NCBI GenBank assembly: GCA_049243005.1
Contig: JBMLOK010000269.1
Span: 2,713-54,208, forward strand
Length of the DNA: 51,496 nucleotides
Reading direction: 5' to 3'
Source of the DNA: Bacteroidia bacterium
GTDB taxonomy: Bacteria > Bacteroidota > Bacteroidia > UKL13-3
Every line of letters begins with the position of its first letter. Position 1 is the stretch's first letter. The notes below the pieces were generated by a model. The model was not told where the DNA came from, did not search any database, and worked only from the letters and a program-made list of their open reading frames with translations. The position numbers were made by a program, and so were the translations under genes. This document shows, piece by piece, positions 27,015-36,977 of the stretch.

Positions 27015-27671
27015 TTATTCCTTCCAAACAGAAGGAAACAATAAGTAAGCCAAACCGATAACCATTATATCAAAAAGTAGTAAAACTAATAAATCCTTTT
27101 GAATCTGAGAGGGATCTATTCCATCCATAGCACGTTTACAGGCTTTAATTAAAATCAATAATAAAGGAATGATTATTGGCAAACTTAAAACGGGCATTAA
27201 TAAATTACTGTTTCCTGCTTTTGAGGAAATTGCGGAAAGCATAGTAAATGTGGCAGCAAATCCAATACTTCCCAAAGCTGTAGCAAGCAAATAATAAGCA
27301 TGGAATACAATTGGATTACCTAAAAGTAAACTATAAACTCCTAAGCATAAAAATGATAGAATTACATTTAAACCGGCATTATAAATAAACTTTGAAATGA
27401 GTAAATTTTGAGGGTTGATTAACTGATGAAAGTATAGATTTTTTGCCTTTCCTTCTCCAATGAAACTTTTTGCAATTGAATTAATAGAAATAAAAACCAT
27501 AATTACCCAGAATATGGCATTCCAAGCCGGATTACCCAACATTCTTACAGCTAAATATACAATCATAACTGAAGAAAAAACTTGCAGTATGACACCATTA
27601 ATAGCATATCGTTGACGCCACTCTGTTTGTAATTCCTTTTTTACAAATTGTTTTATTTGTTGATTTACCAT
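27015..27671 (-). CDS. ccmB: CcmB-like ABC-type (heme exporter) permease
   Basis: 218 aa with 6 hydrophobic helices. The distal PVLSLPIIIPLLLILIKA parallels E. coli CcmB LVLPLTIPLLIF. No ccmA or ccmC is adjacent. Confidence 0.5.
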   Translation of the reverse strand: MVNQQIKQFVKKELQTEWRQRYAINGVILQVFSSVMIVYLAVRMLGNPAWNAIFWVIMVFISINSIAKSFIGEGKAKNLYFHQLINPQNLLISKFIYNAGLNVILSFLCLGVYSLLLGNPIVFHAYYLLATALGSIGFAATFTMLSAISSKAGNSNLLMPVLSLPIIIPLLLILIKACKRAMDGIDPSQIQKDLLVLLLFDIMVIGLAYLLFPSVWKE

Positions 27672-27911
27672 GAATTCGCAATTTAAACCCTAAGTAGCTA
27701 GATTACCAAAATAAAGAACCAAAGAAATCCTTAACTAAAACAAGAAAATTTAAATTGGTAATATTTAAAATCCTGATTTTATAAAAAAGAAGCATTTATT
27801 AGAGTCTAAATCTAGCAAATAAGTGTATGCAAAATCTTGAATCTATAGAATAAACAAGCTGAATCGATTAAAATATGTCATAAAATCAGTATTCTGTTTG
27901 TTTAGAATTGT

Positions 27912-27919
27912 TATTTTTG
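27912..27919 (+). promoter_or_regulatory. Bacteroidota-type -7 promoter box
   Basis: tatttttg lies 33 nt upstream of the accC ATG at 27953. Confidence 0.35.
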
Positions 27920-27952
27920 TTTACTGAAAAATAAATAGCCAAAACCTTATTC

Positions 27953-29434
27953 ATGAAAAAAATAGTTATTGCTAATCGTGGTGAAATTGCTCTTAGAGTA
28001 ATGAGAACTGCTAAAGAAATGGGAATAAAAACAGTTGCAGTTTTTAGTGAAGCTGATAGAAAAGCGCTCCATGTTAGATATGCAGATGAAGCCATTTGTA
28101 TTGGCCCGCCTCCTAGTAATCAAAGTTATTTATTAGGTGATAAAATTATAGAAGTTGCTAAACAAACCGGAGCAGATGCAATCCACCCGGGTTATGGCTT
28201 CTTAAGTGAAAACGCTGATTTCGCCAGAAAAGTAAAAGCAGCAGGATTAATTTTTATTGGTCCATCTCCAGAATCTATGGAAACTATGGGTGACAAAATT
28301 AGTGCAAAACAAGCTGTTTCTAATTTTAATGTTCCATTGGTTCCAGGTACAAAAGATGCATTAAAAGACATAGCAGCCGGTAAAAAAATTGCAGATGAAA
28401 TTGGATATCCGGTTTTAGTAAAAGCCTCTGCCGGAGGCGGTGGAAAAGGAATGAGAGTTGTATGGAAAGAAGAAGAATTTGAAGAATCAATCAAATTAGC
28501 TCAATCTGAAGCCTTAAGTGCATTTAGTGATGACAGTGTTTTTATAGAGAAATATGTGGGTTCTCCCAAACATATAGAAATTCAGGTTTTAGGCGACCAA
28601 CATGGAAACGTTGTTTATTTATTTGAAAGAGAATGTAGTATCCAAAGACGTCATCAAAAATTAGTTGAAGAAGCTCCTTCTAGCTGTTTAACTCCTGAGG
28701 TTCGTAAAAAAATGGGTGAAGCCGCAGTAAATGTTGCTAAAGCTTGTAATTATTATGGAGCTGGTACTGTTGAATTTTTAGCGGATGAAGATTTAAACTT
28801 CTATTTTTTAGAAATGAATACTCGTTTGCAAGTTGAACACCCTGTAACAGAACAAATCGTTGGATTGGATTTAGTTAAAGAACAAATTAGAATAGCCCGT
28901 GGTGAAACTCTTGGATATACTCAAGAAGATTTAAAAATTCATGGTCATGCTATTGAATTGAGGGTTTGTGCTGAAGATCCAATGAATAATTTCCTTCCAG
29001 ACATTGGCAAACTTAAAAGCTATAAAACACCACAGGGTTATGGTGTTAGGGTTGATGATTCATTTGAAGCAGGAATGGAAATTCCTATTCAATACGATCC
29101 AATGATTGCGAAACTTATCACATTTGGAAAAACAAGAGAAGAAGCAATCCAAAGAATGATTAGAGCAATAGAAGATTATAAAATCACCGGAATTGAAACT
29201 ACCTTATCATTTGGAACATTTGTAATGAAACATCCAGCTTTTAGAGAAGGACATTTTGATACAAAATTTATTGAAAAGTATTTTGAACCTGAAATGTTAA
29301 AAACTTCAAATCCTGAATTACATCAGGCAGCAGCTTATGCAGCAGGAAGTTTGTTCTTTCAGAAAGAAAGCACCAAACAGGCTGCGGGAGAATCAAAACA
29401 ACAAAGCAGTAACTGGCAGTTAAAAAGAGGGTAA
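27953..29434 (+). CDS. accC: Biotin carboxylase (acetyl-CoA carboxylase subunit AccC type)
   Basis: 493 aa. MKKIVIANRGEIALRVMRTAKEMGI, HPGYGFLSEN, GGGGKGMRVV and EMNTRLQVEHPVTE are canonical biotin carboxylase motifs. There is no BCCP domain. The gene is monocistronic here, lying between a promoter box and a strong terminator. Confidence 0.9.
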   Translation: MKKIVIANRGEIALRVMRTAKEMGIKTVAVFSEADRKALHVRYADEAICIGPPPSNQSYLLGDKIIEVAKQTGADAIHPGYGFLSENADFARKVKAAGLIFIGPSPESMETMGDKISAKQAVSNFNVPLVPGTKDALKDIAAGKKIADEIGYPVLVKASAGGGGKGMRVVWKEEEFEESIKLAQSEALSAFSDDSVFIEKYVGSPKHIEIQVLGDQHGNVVYLFERECSIQRRHQKLVEEAPSSCLTPEVRKKMGEAAVNVAKACNYYGAGTVEFLADEDLNFYFLEMNTRLQVEHPVTEQIVGLDLVKEQIRIARGETLGYTQEDLKIHGHAIELRVCAEDPMNNFLPDIGKLKSYKTPQGYGVRVDDSFEAGMEIPIQYDPMIAKLITFGKTREEAIQRMIRAIEDYKITGIETTLSFGTFVMKHPAFREGHFDTKFIEKYFEPEMLKTSNPELHQAAAYAAGSLFFQKESTKQAAGESKQQSSNWQLKRG

Positions 29435-29450
29435 AACATAAACACTAATA

Positions 29451-29494
29451 AAAAAAAGAGGCCGGAATCGCAAGCGATTCCGGCCTCTTTTTTT
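29451..29494. terminator. Bidirectional intrinsic terminator
   Basis: 20-bp perfect stem aaaaaaagaggccggaatcg (29451-29470) / cgattccggcctcttttttt (29475-29494) with loop caag. Confidence 0.85.
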
Positions 29495-29510
29495 ATAATG
29501 AATTTGATTA

Positions 29511-30308
29511 CTATTCAATAATCATTTTTCTTCTTAAAATTCCTTTGCTAGAATTTACTTCAAGAATGTAAATTCCTTTTTCTAAATGTGCAGTTGAAAT
29601 TGTAGGATTTGAATTCATTCTTTCTTCAATTAACTGACCATTTAAAGCATAAATACTGTATGATTTTAAATCAGCATTTAATTCAATTTGTATTGATTCC
29701 TTAGCTGGTTGAGGATAAAGATTAAAATTGAAAGAGTTAAATTCATTCACACCTGTGGTTGGTCTGTTTTCTCCATCACCACCAGTAATAGGTCTAACAT
29801 TTAACAAATCATCATCATATCCTGCTTTAAGAATACTTAATTCATCACCAGCAGCATTTACATTGATTAAAAACCAAACGTACATAGTATCATTCGACAT
29901 AGGAAATACAATTCTTGTTCCGATGTATTGATTTCCTTTTCCTTTGAAATTATTAGTAAAAGTTAAATTGTTGTTATGTAAGAAAATTGGATTTCTTATG
30001 TAAGTGTTCAATGGTGTAAAATCGGTATTATTATATAATCTTATTGGAGCATAATTACCTCCACCGATTGGCTCAGCAAGTATAGTACTACTAAATTCAG
30101 TAGAAACCTTTCCAATAAAAGAAATGGAACCTGGTACAGCAAAATAATTTACTTGAAAAATTCCTGCAGCAAAATTAGAAAATTTTAAATCTAGACTAGG
30201 ATTAGCAGCATTTACTTTTAGGTCAAGTGTTTCTACAACTAACGCTGCTTTAGTTGTTTGAACGAAAAATGATAAAATAACAAAAGTCGATAGGAGAATT
30301 TTTTTCAT
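29511..30308 (-). CDS. Small secreted protein with a T9SS type-A CTD, function unknown
   Basis: 265 aa with a signal peptide. The C-terminus FNLYPQPAKESIQIEL...GIYILEV...RRKMIIE is type-A CTD-like. Confidence 0.65.
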   Translation of the reverse strand: MKKILLSTFVILSFFVQTTKAALVVETLDLKVNAANPSLDLKFSNFAAGIFQVNYFAVPGSISFIGKVSTEFSSTILAEPIGGGNYAPIRLYNNTDFTPLNTYIRNPIFLHNNNLTFTNNFKGKGNQYIGTRIVFPMSNDTMYVWFLINVNAAGDELSILKAGYDDDLLNVRPITGGDGENRPTTGVNEFNSFNFNLYPQPAKESIQIELNADLKSYSIYALNGQLIEERMNSNPTISTAHLEKGIYILEVNSSKGILRRKMIIE

Positions 30309-30525
30309 ATATATGGTGATTATGATGCAATAATAAAGCTATGAAACGCATGTTGCTACTTAAAAATATTTAAATTACACAAATGGCTATTGAAAAATTA
30401 AAAAATCACTAAAGTTGTACCTATTGAAATACACAACAATCTATGTTGTGAACAAAGAACTTGCTTTAAATTTCAGAATATTAGCAGAATATAACAAATT
30501 TGAACAAAACTGAATTCCCGTAGCT

Positions 30526-31866
30526 ATGCGTAAAATTATATACATTATTTTGTTGTTAGGTATTTCAAATAACTATTTATTTTCTCAAACAAAAACCGTT
30601 CTCGATTCAAAAGCTTTGGGGTTATTTTGTCATGACCAATTTGATTTAGGTGAATATGGTTTTGTATTGATGTTCAATAAGTTTAAGGAAGACGTTGCAG
30701 GCACAACCAATTTAAGTAATGTTCAACAAAATTTCTTCTATTACAGTAAAGATTTACAAAAAAAGGCAACATTTAAAATGAACGCTATTGGTGAAATTAC
30801 CATGTACGCCAATAAAAATTACATTTTAATTATTGATAGGGATGCCAATATTTATAACATTAAACTTTATGATTATATAGGTAGAGAATGGGCTTCTAAA
30901 AAGCTAGATTTAACTAAATATGGATTAACTCAAGCTCTAATCGAAAAAATCACTTTAGCTCCAAACAATCATTTTTTAGCTGAAGTATATGATCCAAGAG
31001 GAGAATTACACTTATTTGATTATGATTTATTGAGCAAGGATGATCTAGGTTTAATTGAACTTGATTTTCCAATTCCAAGCTCCAATCCATTTTTAAATAT
31101 GAAATCTAAGGGCACTTGGAATTTTATGACAGCTTATTCTGGCTATTATTTATTCTATAAAAGAGGCTCGAATGCTGAATTTGAACCAACTTCACTAGCT
31201 TATCATTTAACTTTTTATGATGAACAGTATAGCTTATTTAAAGAACTTTTAATTGATAATATTCTTCAAACCGGAGAAACTCTTTATGGGAAAGAAGCCA
31301 GTGTAAGTATCAACACATCATTACAATCTTTTATAGTTGCTGCTATGATAAAAAAAGACAACCAACCAATGCTGTTGGTTAGTAATTATGGAATGAACCC
31401 AAATTCAAGTGTATTAACCTTATTCTGGCGTCAAACTTTTCCTTTAATAAATAATAAAAAATACCATTTTACAGAAGAAGATGGAATTACTATGCCACTT
31501 CCTCCAATAATTAGAAACAATGGCAATAGAATTGAAGTTAGCGTGGTAAAAACCAGAGTTTCTATTGAAGAAGAAGCAATAAATCAGTTTGTGACATTTG
31601 ATGCTCAGGGAAAAAACACTTTTAATCAGGTTCAAATGGGCAATTATGAACAATTAAACTTAGATGGTTTCTGTGTTGATAATGAAAACTTGTATTCTAG
31701 AATTAAGTCACTACAAATGAACAAGTTACTTAAATCTTATTGTGAAAAAACAGGTTCAGAAACAATGGATATTTTTTATGGAGATAAAGCCGAAGAAATG
31801 GTTATAATTAAAGATAATGCCTTGAAACAAATCATTATTTATACTTTTAAAGGCACTGCTCAATAA
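30526..31866 (+). CDS. Hypothetical secreted protein (no recognisable family)
   Basis: 446 aa with signal peptide MRKIIYIILLLGISNNYLFSQ. It is a long uninterrupted ORF in an AT-rich genome. Confidence 0.6.
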   Translation: MRKIIYIILLLGISNNYLFSQTKTVLDSKALGLFCHDQFDLGEYGFVLMFNKFKEDVAGTTNLSNVQQNFFYYSKDLQKKATFKMNAIGEITMYANKNYILIIDRDANIYNIKLYDYIGREWASKKLDLTKYGLTQALIEKITLAPNNHFLAEVYDPRGELHLFDYDLLSKDDLGLIELDFPIPSSNPFLNMKSKGTWNFMTAYSGYYLFYKRGSNAEFEPTSLAYHLTFYDEQYSLFKELLIDNILQTGETLYGKEASVSINTSLQSFIVAAMIKKDNQPMLLVSNYGMNPNSSVLTLFWRQTFPLINNKKYHFTEEDGITMPLPPIIRNNGNRIEVSVVKTRVSIEEEAINQFVTFDAQGKNTFNQVQMGNYEQLNLDGFCVDNENLYSRIKSLQMNKLLKSYCEKTGSETMDIFYGDKAEEMVIIKDNALKQIIIYTFKGTAQ

Positions 31867-31999
31867 TTGCTAAAAAGCTTGAGCAAAACCTAAATGGCTC
31901 AATATAAACAATCTAAATTTCTTTTAGAGGAATTTTAAACAGATTGTGATTCTGTTTGTTTATGATTCAAAACTAGCTTTTATTTGTAATCCTATTCGT

Positions 32000-32185
32000 A
32001 TGAATCAAACAGAAAAAACAATAGAAAAACCATTAGAATGTCCTATTCCTCACAAGGAAAGAAAAACGTTCATGACCTGGGTTAAAAAGCTTGGTTTTTG
32101 GGGATTTATGTTTTTTCTAATGAAAGGCTTGATTCTTTACATTTTCATACCATACCTCATTGCAAAAGGCTTTATCGGAAAATAA
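32000..32185 (+). CDS. Possible small membrane protein (61 aa)
   Basis: Taken from the internal ATG at 32000: MNQTEKTIEKPLECPIPHKERKTFMTWVKKLGFWGFMFFLMKGLILYIFIPYLIAKGFIGK, with one strong hydrophobic helix. It overlaps the next ORF by 26 nt. Confidence 0.35.
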   Translation: MNQTEKTIEKPLECPIPHKERKTFMTWVKKLGFWGFMFFLMKGLILYIFIPYLIAKGFIGK

Positions 32186-33101
32186 ATTTCAGCTCCTATT
32201 GGTTTTCGTTTTTCTATCCTCGTTAATTAGCTGGACAGATAGAAAACCCCTTGCAGAATCAGAGTATTCTTCACTTTACTATATTGATTCAAATCTGGTT
32301 CCTTTTTATCCGCAGATTATCGTTTATACAAAACCTGCTTTCGATTCAAAACCATTATTTAAAACCAAACACTTTAATAATAGCTTCAGATTGGTTGAGA
32401 TTTTGGAGTTTCCTAAAACAAATTTTCATGGAATTTTAGGTCGATGGTATAAAGTTTCGTTTGTATTAGGTGGTAAAAAATTTCAAGGATTTATTCCTTC
32501 ACAATCTCTGGCAAATTGTGTTGTTAAAGAATCCGGAAAAACCTATTTGGTAGGACTAAACTCTTATTTACCAAAACCGATTCAAAAATACCAGGCATCT
32601 TTGAAAGTTATTGAAAAAGGAGCATTAATTAAAGAAATTCTTTTTGAACCCGTAAGTCAATACAGCAGTAACGAAAACGACGAAAAAAGTGGAGAATACG
32701 CATGTTATAGTCAGATTAATATTTTTGATAGTTTAGGTTTAAAAGGTATAGATAGAATTATAGAAATTAGCACTGGAGTTGAAGCTTGCGGATATGAAGG
32801 CGGCAGTAATTTCTTCCTGATTAAAAACAATAAATTAATGAGTCACCTGAAAACTTATGCAACAGCTGATGGTGGCGAGTTTTATGTTGGCTTAGAATAT
32901 ATTTTTCCGAATGATACCCTTGGTGCAAAAGACACCCTGATTTTAAAGTATAACAACTACGAATTGGTTAACGATTCACAAGGCATTGATGAAACATCAA
33001 TTGTAAAAATGAAATGGAATGGTCTTAGTTTTATTAGAACAGATTCCATCTTCAAGAAAGAAATTGTTAAGATTCAATCAGAAGAATTTGAAGAAGATTA
33101 A
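32160..33101 (+). CDS. Hypothetical exported protein with a possible SH3b-like segment; non-ATG (TTG) start
   Basis: 313 aa with an N-terminal hydrophobic segment (FQLLLVFVFLSSLISW). FRLVEILEFPK...GRWYKVSFVLGGKKFQGFIPSQSL resembles bacterial SH3. There is no in-frame ATG near the 5' end, so the start is TTG at 32160 or 32199. Confidence 0.5.
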   Translation: MQKALSENKFQLLLVFVFLSSLISWTDRKPLAESEYSSLYYIDSNLVPFYPQIIVYTKPAFDSKPLFKTKHFNNSFRLVEILEFPKTNFHGILGRWYKVSFVLGGKKFQGFIPSQSLANCVVKESGKTYLVGLNSYLPKPIQKYQASLKVIEKGALIKEILFEPVSQYSSNENDEKSGEYACYSQINIFDSLGLKGIDRIIEISTGVEACGYEGGSNFFLIKNNKLMSHLKTYATADGGEFYVGLEYIFPNDTLGAKDTLILKYNNYELVNDSQGIDETSIVKMKWNGLSFIRTDSIFKKEIVKIQSEEFEED

Positions 33102-33126
33102 ATTCTAATTTCCTTATCATTGTGAT

Positions 33127-34317
33127 ATGGAAATGATTGATTTAATCAAAAAACTAGCTTCCCAATTACAAGAAGAATTAGTTAACAAAAGAAGGCATTT
33201 ACATGCCAATCCCGAATTATCTTTTGAGGAATATCAAACATCAGCTTTTTTAAAGGAAGAATTAAAAAAAATTGGAATTCAACATTTTGAACCCAAAGCA
33301 AATACAGGATTTACAGCCATTATTGAAGGAAAAAATCCAGGTAAAAAAATTGTTGCACTTAGAGCAGATATGGATGCTTTACCAATTACTGAACTAAACG
33401 AAATTCCATATAAATCTAAAAATAATGGAGTAATGCATGCTTGTGGACATGATGTTCATTCTACCTGCTTATTAGGTGCCGCAAGTATTTTATTTCATTT
33501 AAAAGATCAATTCGAAGGTTCTGTCAAACTAATATTTCAACCCGGAGAAGAAAAATTACCTGGCGGTGCCAGCCTTATGATTGCAGATGGAGCCTTAGAA
33601 AATCCTAAACCTAATAGTATTTTTGGCCAACATGTAATGCCATTTTTACCCGTTGGTACAGTTGGTTTCAGAAAAGGTTTATACATGGCAAGTTCAGATG
33701 AATTGTTTTTTAAAGTAAAAGGAAAAGGTGGACATGGTGCTATGCCACATCTTAGTTTAGATCCGGTTCCTGTAGCAGCTCAACTAATTACTGCCTTACA
33801 AACTATCACTTCAAGATTTGCAAATCCGTTAATTCCAACTGTTTTAACAATTGGAAAAGTTATTGCAAACGGAGCTACCAATGTTATTCCTGATGAGGTT
33901 TATATGGAAGGTACATTTAGAACCCTGGATGAAAACTGGAGAAAAAAAGTACATGAACATATTGAAAGAATTTGCCTTGAAATTGGGAAAGCTAATTCAA
34001 TTGAAATAGAAGTTGAAATCAGAAAAGGCTATCCGTTTTTAAAGAATGATGAAGCTATTACTCAAATGGCTAAAGAGGCTGCTATTGCATATTTAGGGGA
34101 AGATAAAGTGATTGATTTAGATATTTGGATGGCTTCTGAGGATTTTGCTTATTATTCACAGGTTATGCCGGCTAGTTTTTACAGACTAGGGACCAGAAAT
34201 GAATCAAAAGGCATTGTTTCAGGAGTTCATACACCTACTTTTAATATCGATGAGTCTGCCTTAGAAATTGGTTCAGGTTTAATGGCCTGGCTAGCCATCA
34301 AAGAATTACAAAACTAA
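33127..34317 (+). CDS. M20D family amidohydrolase (N-acyl-L-amino acid amidohydrolase/hippurate hydrolase-like)
   Basis: 396 aa. RRHLHANPELSFEEYQT, ALRADMDALP, HACGHD and FQPGEE are typical of the M20D family. Confidence 0.85.
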   Translation: MEMIDLIKKLASQLQEELVNKRRHLHANPELSFEEYQTSAFLKEELKKIGIQHFEPKANTGFTAIIEGKNPGKKIVALRADMDALPITELNEIPYKSKNNGVMHACGHDVHSTCLLGAASILFHLKDQFEGSVKLIFQPGEEKLPGGASLMIADGALENPKPNSIFGQHVMPFLPVGTVGFRKGLYMASSDELFFKVKGKGGHGAMPHLSLDPVPVAAQLITALQTITSRFANPLIPTVLTIGKVIANGATNVIPDEVYMEGTFRTLDENWRKKVHEHIERICLEIGKANSIEIEVEIRKGYPFLKNDEAITQMAKEAAIAYLGEDKVIDLDIWMASEDFAYYSQVMPASFYRLGTRNESKGIVSGVHTPTFNIDESALEIGSGLMAWLAIKELQN

Positions 34318-36947
34318 TTTCTTATAAATCCCGGAATAGAAATACTTAACCTTAATTCCGTGCTTCTATAAGTATTTGCCTGAAAATTAGAAAAGACTCC
34401 TATATCAATTATTTGAGATATATTACTTAAACCATATCCTAATTCGTAATAAATTTCCTTTTCAGGAATTTGAATGAAATTAAAATAGATGTTCTCTTTA
34501 ATTTTAGTCAAATTCAAAATTGGTAACCTTAAAAGTAAAAATCGTTTTAAAGTAAAATTCATTTGAGCGGATAAATAACTTGATTTGTTAGAATATTCAT
34601 AATACCCCAAATTCATAAATCGTTCATTTAAATCTTCCATCAGAATCCATGAGCGATTGCCTGCATGCATGAAATAATCAGGGAAATAAATTGTTTTTGC
34701 ACTTAAAATTTTCCCTAATTTCAATCTATAATTAATTCCTAACCAATGTAGAGGTTTAGATTTCTGACTAATACCAAATTCAAGTATTGAAAAATCATTG
34801 TTTGCACCAAGTAAACCTGAAATCGCTTGAGTATACTTCATAGAAAACATTGGTTTAGCATTATAAAACGCCTCTCTTACCCTTCCTTTAATTCTATAAT
34901 ATTGTGAAGGTTTATAGTTTATCAAAAAGTTGAAAATTAAAGCTCTGTTAGGCTCGAAATCAGCTATGAGTCCTTTAGTTTCTAATTGTGGATCATTTAA
35001 AGTGTACTCTGAGTTTAAGCCTATATTGGATTTTAATCGTGGATTGATTTCTAATTTACTTCTATCAGAAAAAAGCAAATTGGTTTCTATATTTAAACCT
35101 CTGTAAATAGTTTCAGAATATGAAAGTTTCAAGTAATCTTCCTGATACATTTTAACCATATTTCTTTTATAAAACAACAGATAAAAAGCATCAACAAAAT
35201 CACCGGCACCTATTTGATTAAAATCAGAAATCAAGCTTCCAACATCAACTTTAAAATGTCGAAATGAAAACGGCTTTTGACAATAATCGAATACTACATT
35301 ACCATTTACAGCTTTTCTTTCCAATGGGAAAACTATTTTATTCGTCATCGAAAAGTTTTTTCCATCAGGATTGTTAGTACCAAAAGAGAATTTCAAACTA
35401 TACGACCAGGCATCAATTGCATTAAGTTTTACTCCGCTTAAAGGAGAAATAAAATTGAAATAATATTTTTTACTCTTTGTTAAGATTGAATCTCCATAAA
35501 GAAACATATCTGTGTAATTCCTTTTCTTTGGTTTTAAAGCGGTGGAATCATTTTCCTTTTTTTGAAACTTCTCGTAACTTTTTACTTCCGAATCAAGTAA
35601 TACAATTGGTCGATTTTCATTCCAATAACTAGAATCCCTTTTCTCAGCCAATGAATCAATTACCATTTCGCTACTATCAATAACATTGGGATTATTTTTT
35701 AATAAATCGGATTCAGCTTTGAGTTTACTTGTTAATTTTAACATCTCAAACTTAGAAAGGTTCTCCTTTTGAAGAAGTTTTTCTATTTCCTGTTGTCGTT
35801 TAGTAGTTTTAATCGGAACCGGTTTGAATTCCTGTACTTCCGGGTTTAGTTCCTTTATGTTTCCTTTTAACCCTTGTCCTATAAAATAGGAATGGTCTAA
35901 ATTAGGATTGATTTTAATTTTATAATTAGAAATTGAAGCTAAGTATCTAAATGCCCCTGAAACCCCAAAAAATGAACCGCTTATTTGAAAATCATAAGTT
36001 TGTGGTAACCAAACAAAATTATATCCATTAACAGGTTCAAACCTAATTTTGGTAGATACATCTAAAGAATTAGATTCATATTTTACATCTACTGAATGTA
36101 AACACCAAAGTCCATCAATGATAAATATTGTTCCATTATATAAATCTCTACCTTTTCTTTTTGGGGTAATTTTAATTTTGTTTACCTCCCTACCCTCTTC
36201 ATAGAAAGTTCCAAGCAATTCAAATTGGTAAACTGAAAAAGCTTGTGGTGATAATGGCGAAATTAATTCAGTAGAACTTGTATTATACCAATTTCCCCTT
36301 ACCATCGACATTGGTTGTGGGCCTTCATTTGACTTGTATGAACTCTTTAATGAAATAACTTTTTCTTTGTAAGTCGAAGGTTGAGAAAAGCTCAATTCAT
36401 TGACGCTTTCAGTTAACATAGTAACACCTTCTTTTATATTTTGATCAGATAAAGTACCTCTTAACAATAATGGAATTTTATCAACTTTACCTGTACCTTT
36501 TAAATAAACTCTAGCCTGATAAGCTAACACTTGTCTTCTATAATAAGGAGCAGCAGCAATTGCCTTTCTCATGATAAAATCAGCAGTATTTTTTTGATTT
36601 GCTTTTACATTAAATTCAGTTAGTTCATATACCTGCTGCTTTAATACTATTGCCAAAGGAACTTTTAAATCTTCCTTTAAATCAACCTGAATTATCTGGG
36701 TTTGATAATCTATTGAATGAAATCTGATTTCATGTTGTCCTGGTTTTAACTTTAACTCAAAATCACCATTTTCATTGGTATGAGTGCCTGCTTTTTCTTT
36801 TAAACAAAAGACATTAACAAAGGAAAGAACTTCCCCCTTTTCATTTTTGATATTTCCTTTAAGAGTTAATTCCTGAGCAGAAATTTTAAAGGTGAAAAAT
36901 GAAAATCCAATAAAAAATAAAAAGAAAATCTTTGCTTTTTGATTCAT
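34314..36947 (-). CDS. CarboxypepD_reg + DUF5686-like large outer-membrane-associated protein
   Basis: 877 aa with a signal peptide. The N-terminus LTLKGNIKNEKGEVLSFVNVF...GTHTNENGDFELKLKPGQHEIRFHSIDYQ is a carboxypeptidase-regulatory-like domain. The long beta-rich remainder matches the usual DUF5686 architecture as recalled. Its stop overlaps the M20 stop (CTAA). Confidence 0.55.
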   Translation of the reverse strand: MNQKAKIFFLFFIGFSFFTFKISAQELTLKGNIKNEKGEVLSFVNVFCLKEKAGTHTNENGDFELKLKPGQHEIRFHSIDYQTQIIQVDLKEDLKVPLAIVLKQQVYELTEFNVKANQKNTADFIMRKAIAAAPYYRRQVLAYQARVYLKGTGKVDKIPLLLRGTLSDQNIKEGVTMLTESVNELSFSQPSTYKEKVISLKSSYKSNEGPQPMSMVRGNWYNTSSTELISPLSPQAFSVYQFELLGTFYEEGREVNKIKITPKRKGRDLYNGTIFIIDGLWCLHSVDVKYESNSLDVSTKIRFEPVNGYNFVWLPQTYDFQISGSFFGVSGAFRYLASISNYKIKINPNLDHSYFIGQGLKGNIKELNPEVQEFKPVPIKTTKRQQEIEKLLQKENLSKFEMLKLTSKLKAESDLLKNNPNVIDSSEMVIDSLAEKRDSSYWNENRPIVLLDSEVKSYEKFQKKENDSTALKPKKRNYTDMFLYGDSILTKSKKYYFNFISPLSGVKLNAIDAWSYSLKFSFGTNNPDGKNFSMTNKIVFPLERKAVNGNVVFDYCQKPFSFRHFKVDVGSLISDFNQIGAGDFVDAFYLLFYKRNMVKMYQEDYLKLSYSETIYRGLNIETNLLFSDRSKLEINPRLKSNIGLNSEYTLNDPQLETKGLIADFEPNRALIFNFLINYKPSQYYRIKGRVREAFYNAKPMFSMKYTQAISGLLGANNDFSILEFGISQKSKPLHWLGINYRLKLGKILSAKTIYFPDYFMHAGNRSWILMEDLNERFMNLGYYEYSNKSSYLSAQMNFTLKRFLLLRLPILNLTKIKENIYFNFIQIPEKEIYYELGYGLSNISQIIDIGVFSNFQANTYRSTELRLSISIPGFIRN

Positions 36948-36977
36948 AAGTTAATCACAAGCTAAAGATTTTAATTC

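Noticed and set aside
27697-27816. Short inverted repeats (gctagat/atctagc and attaccaa/ttggtaat) in the 281-bp ccmB-accC spacer, considered as a possible structured RNA or operator.
   Set aside because: The arms are only 7-8 bp and AT-rich, the two pairings overlap and are mutually incompatible, and matches like this are expected by chance in AT-rich DNA.
27953-29434. Stand-alone biotin carboxylase with no adjacent BCCP or carboxyltransferase genes and a ~40-aa Gln/Ser-rich C-terminal tail, considered as possibly unusual.
   Set aside because: Dispersed acc genes are common in bacteria. The tail is low-complexity and I cannot show that it is atypical without an alignment.
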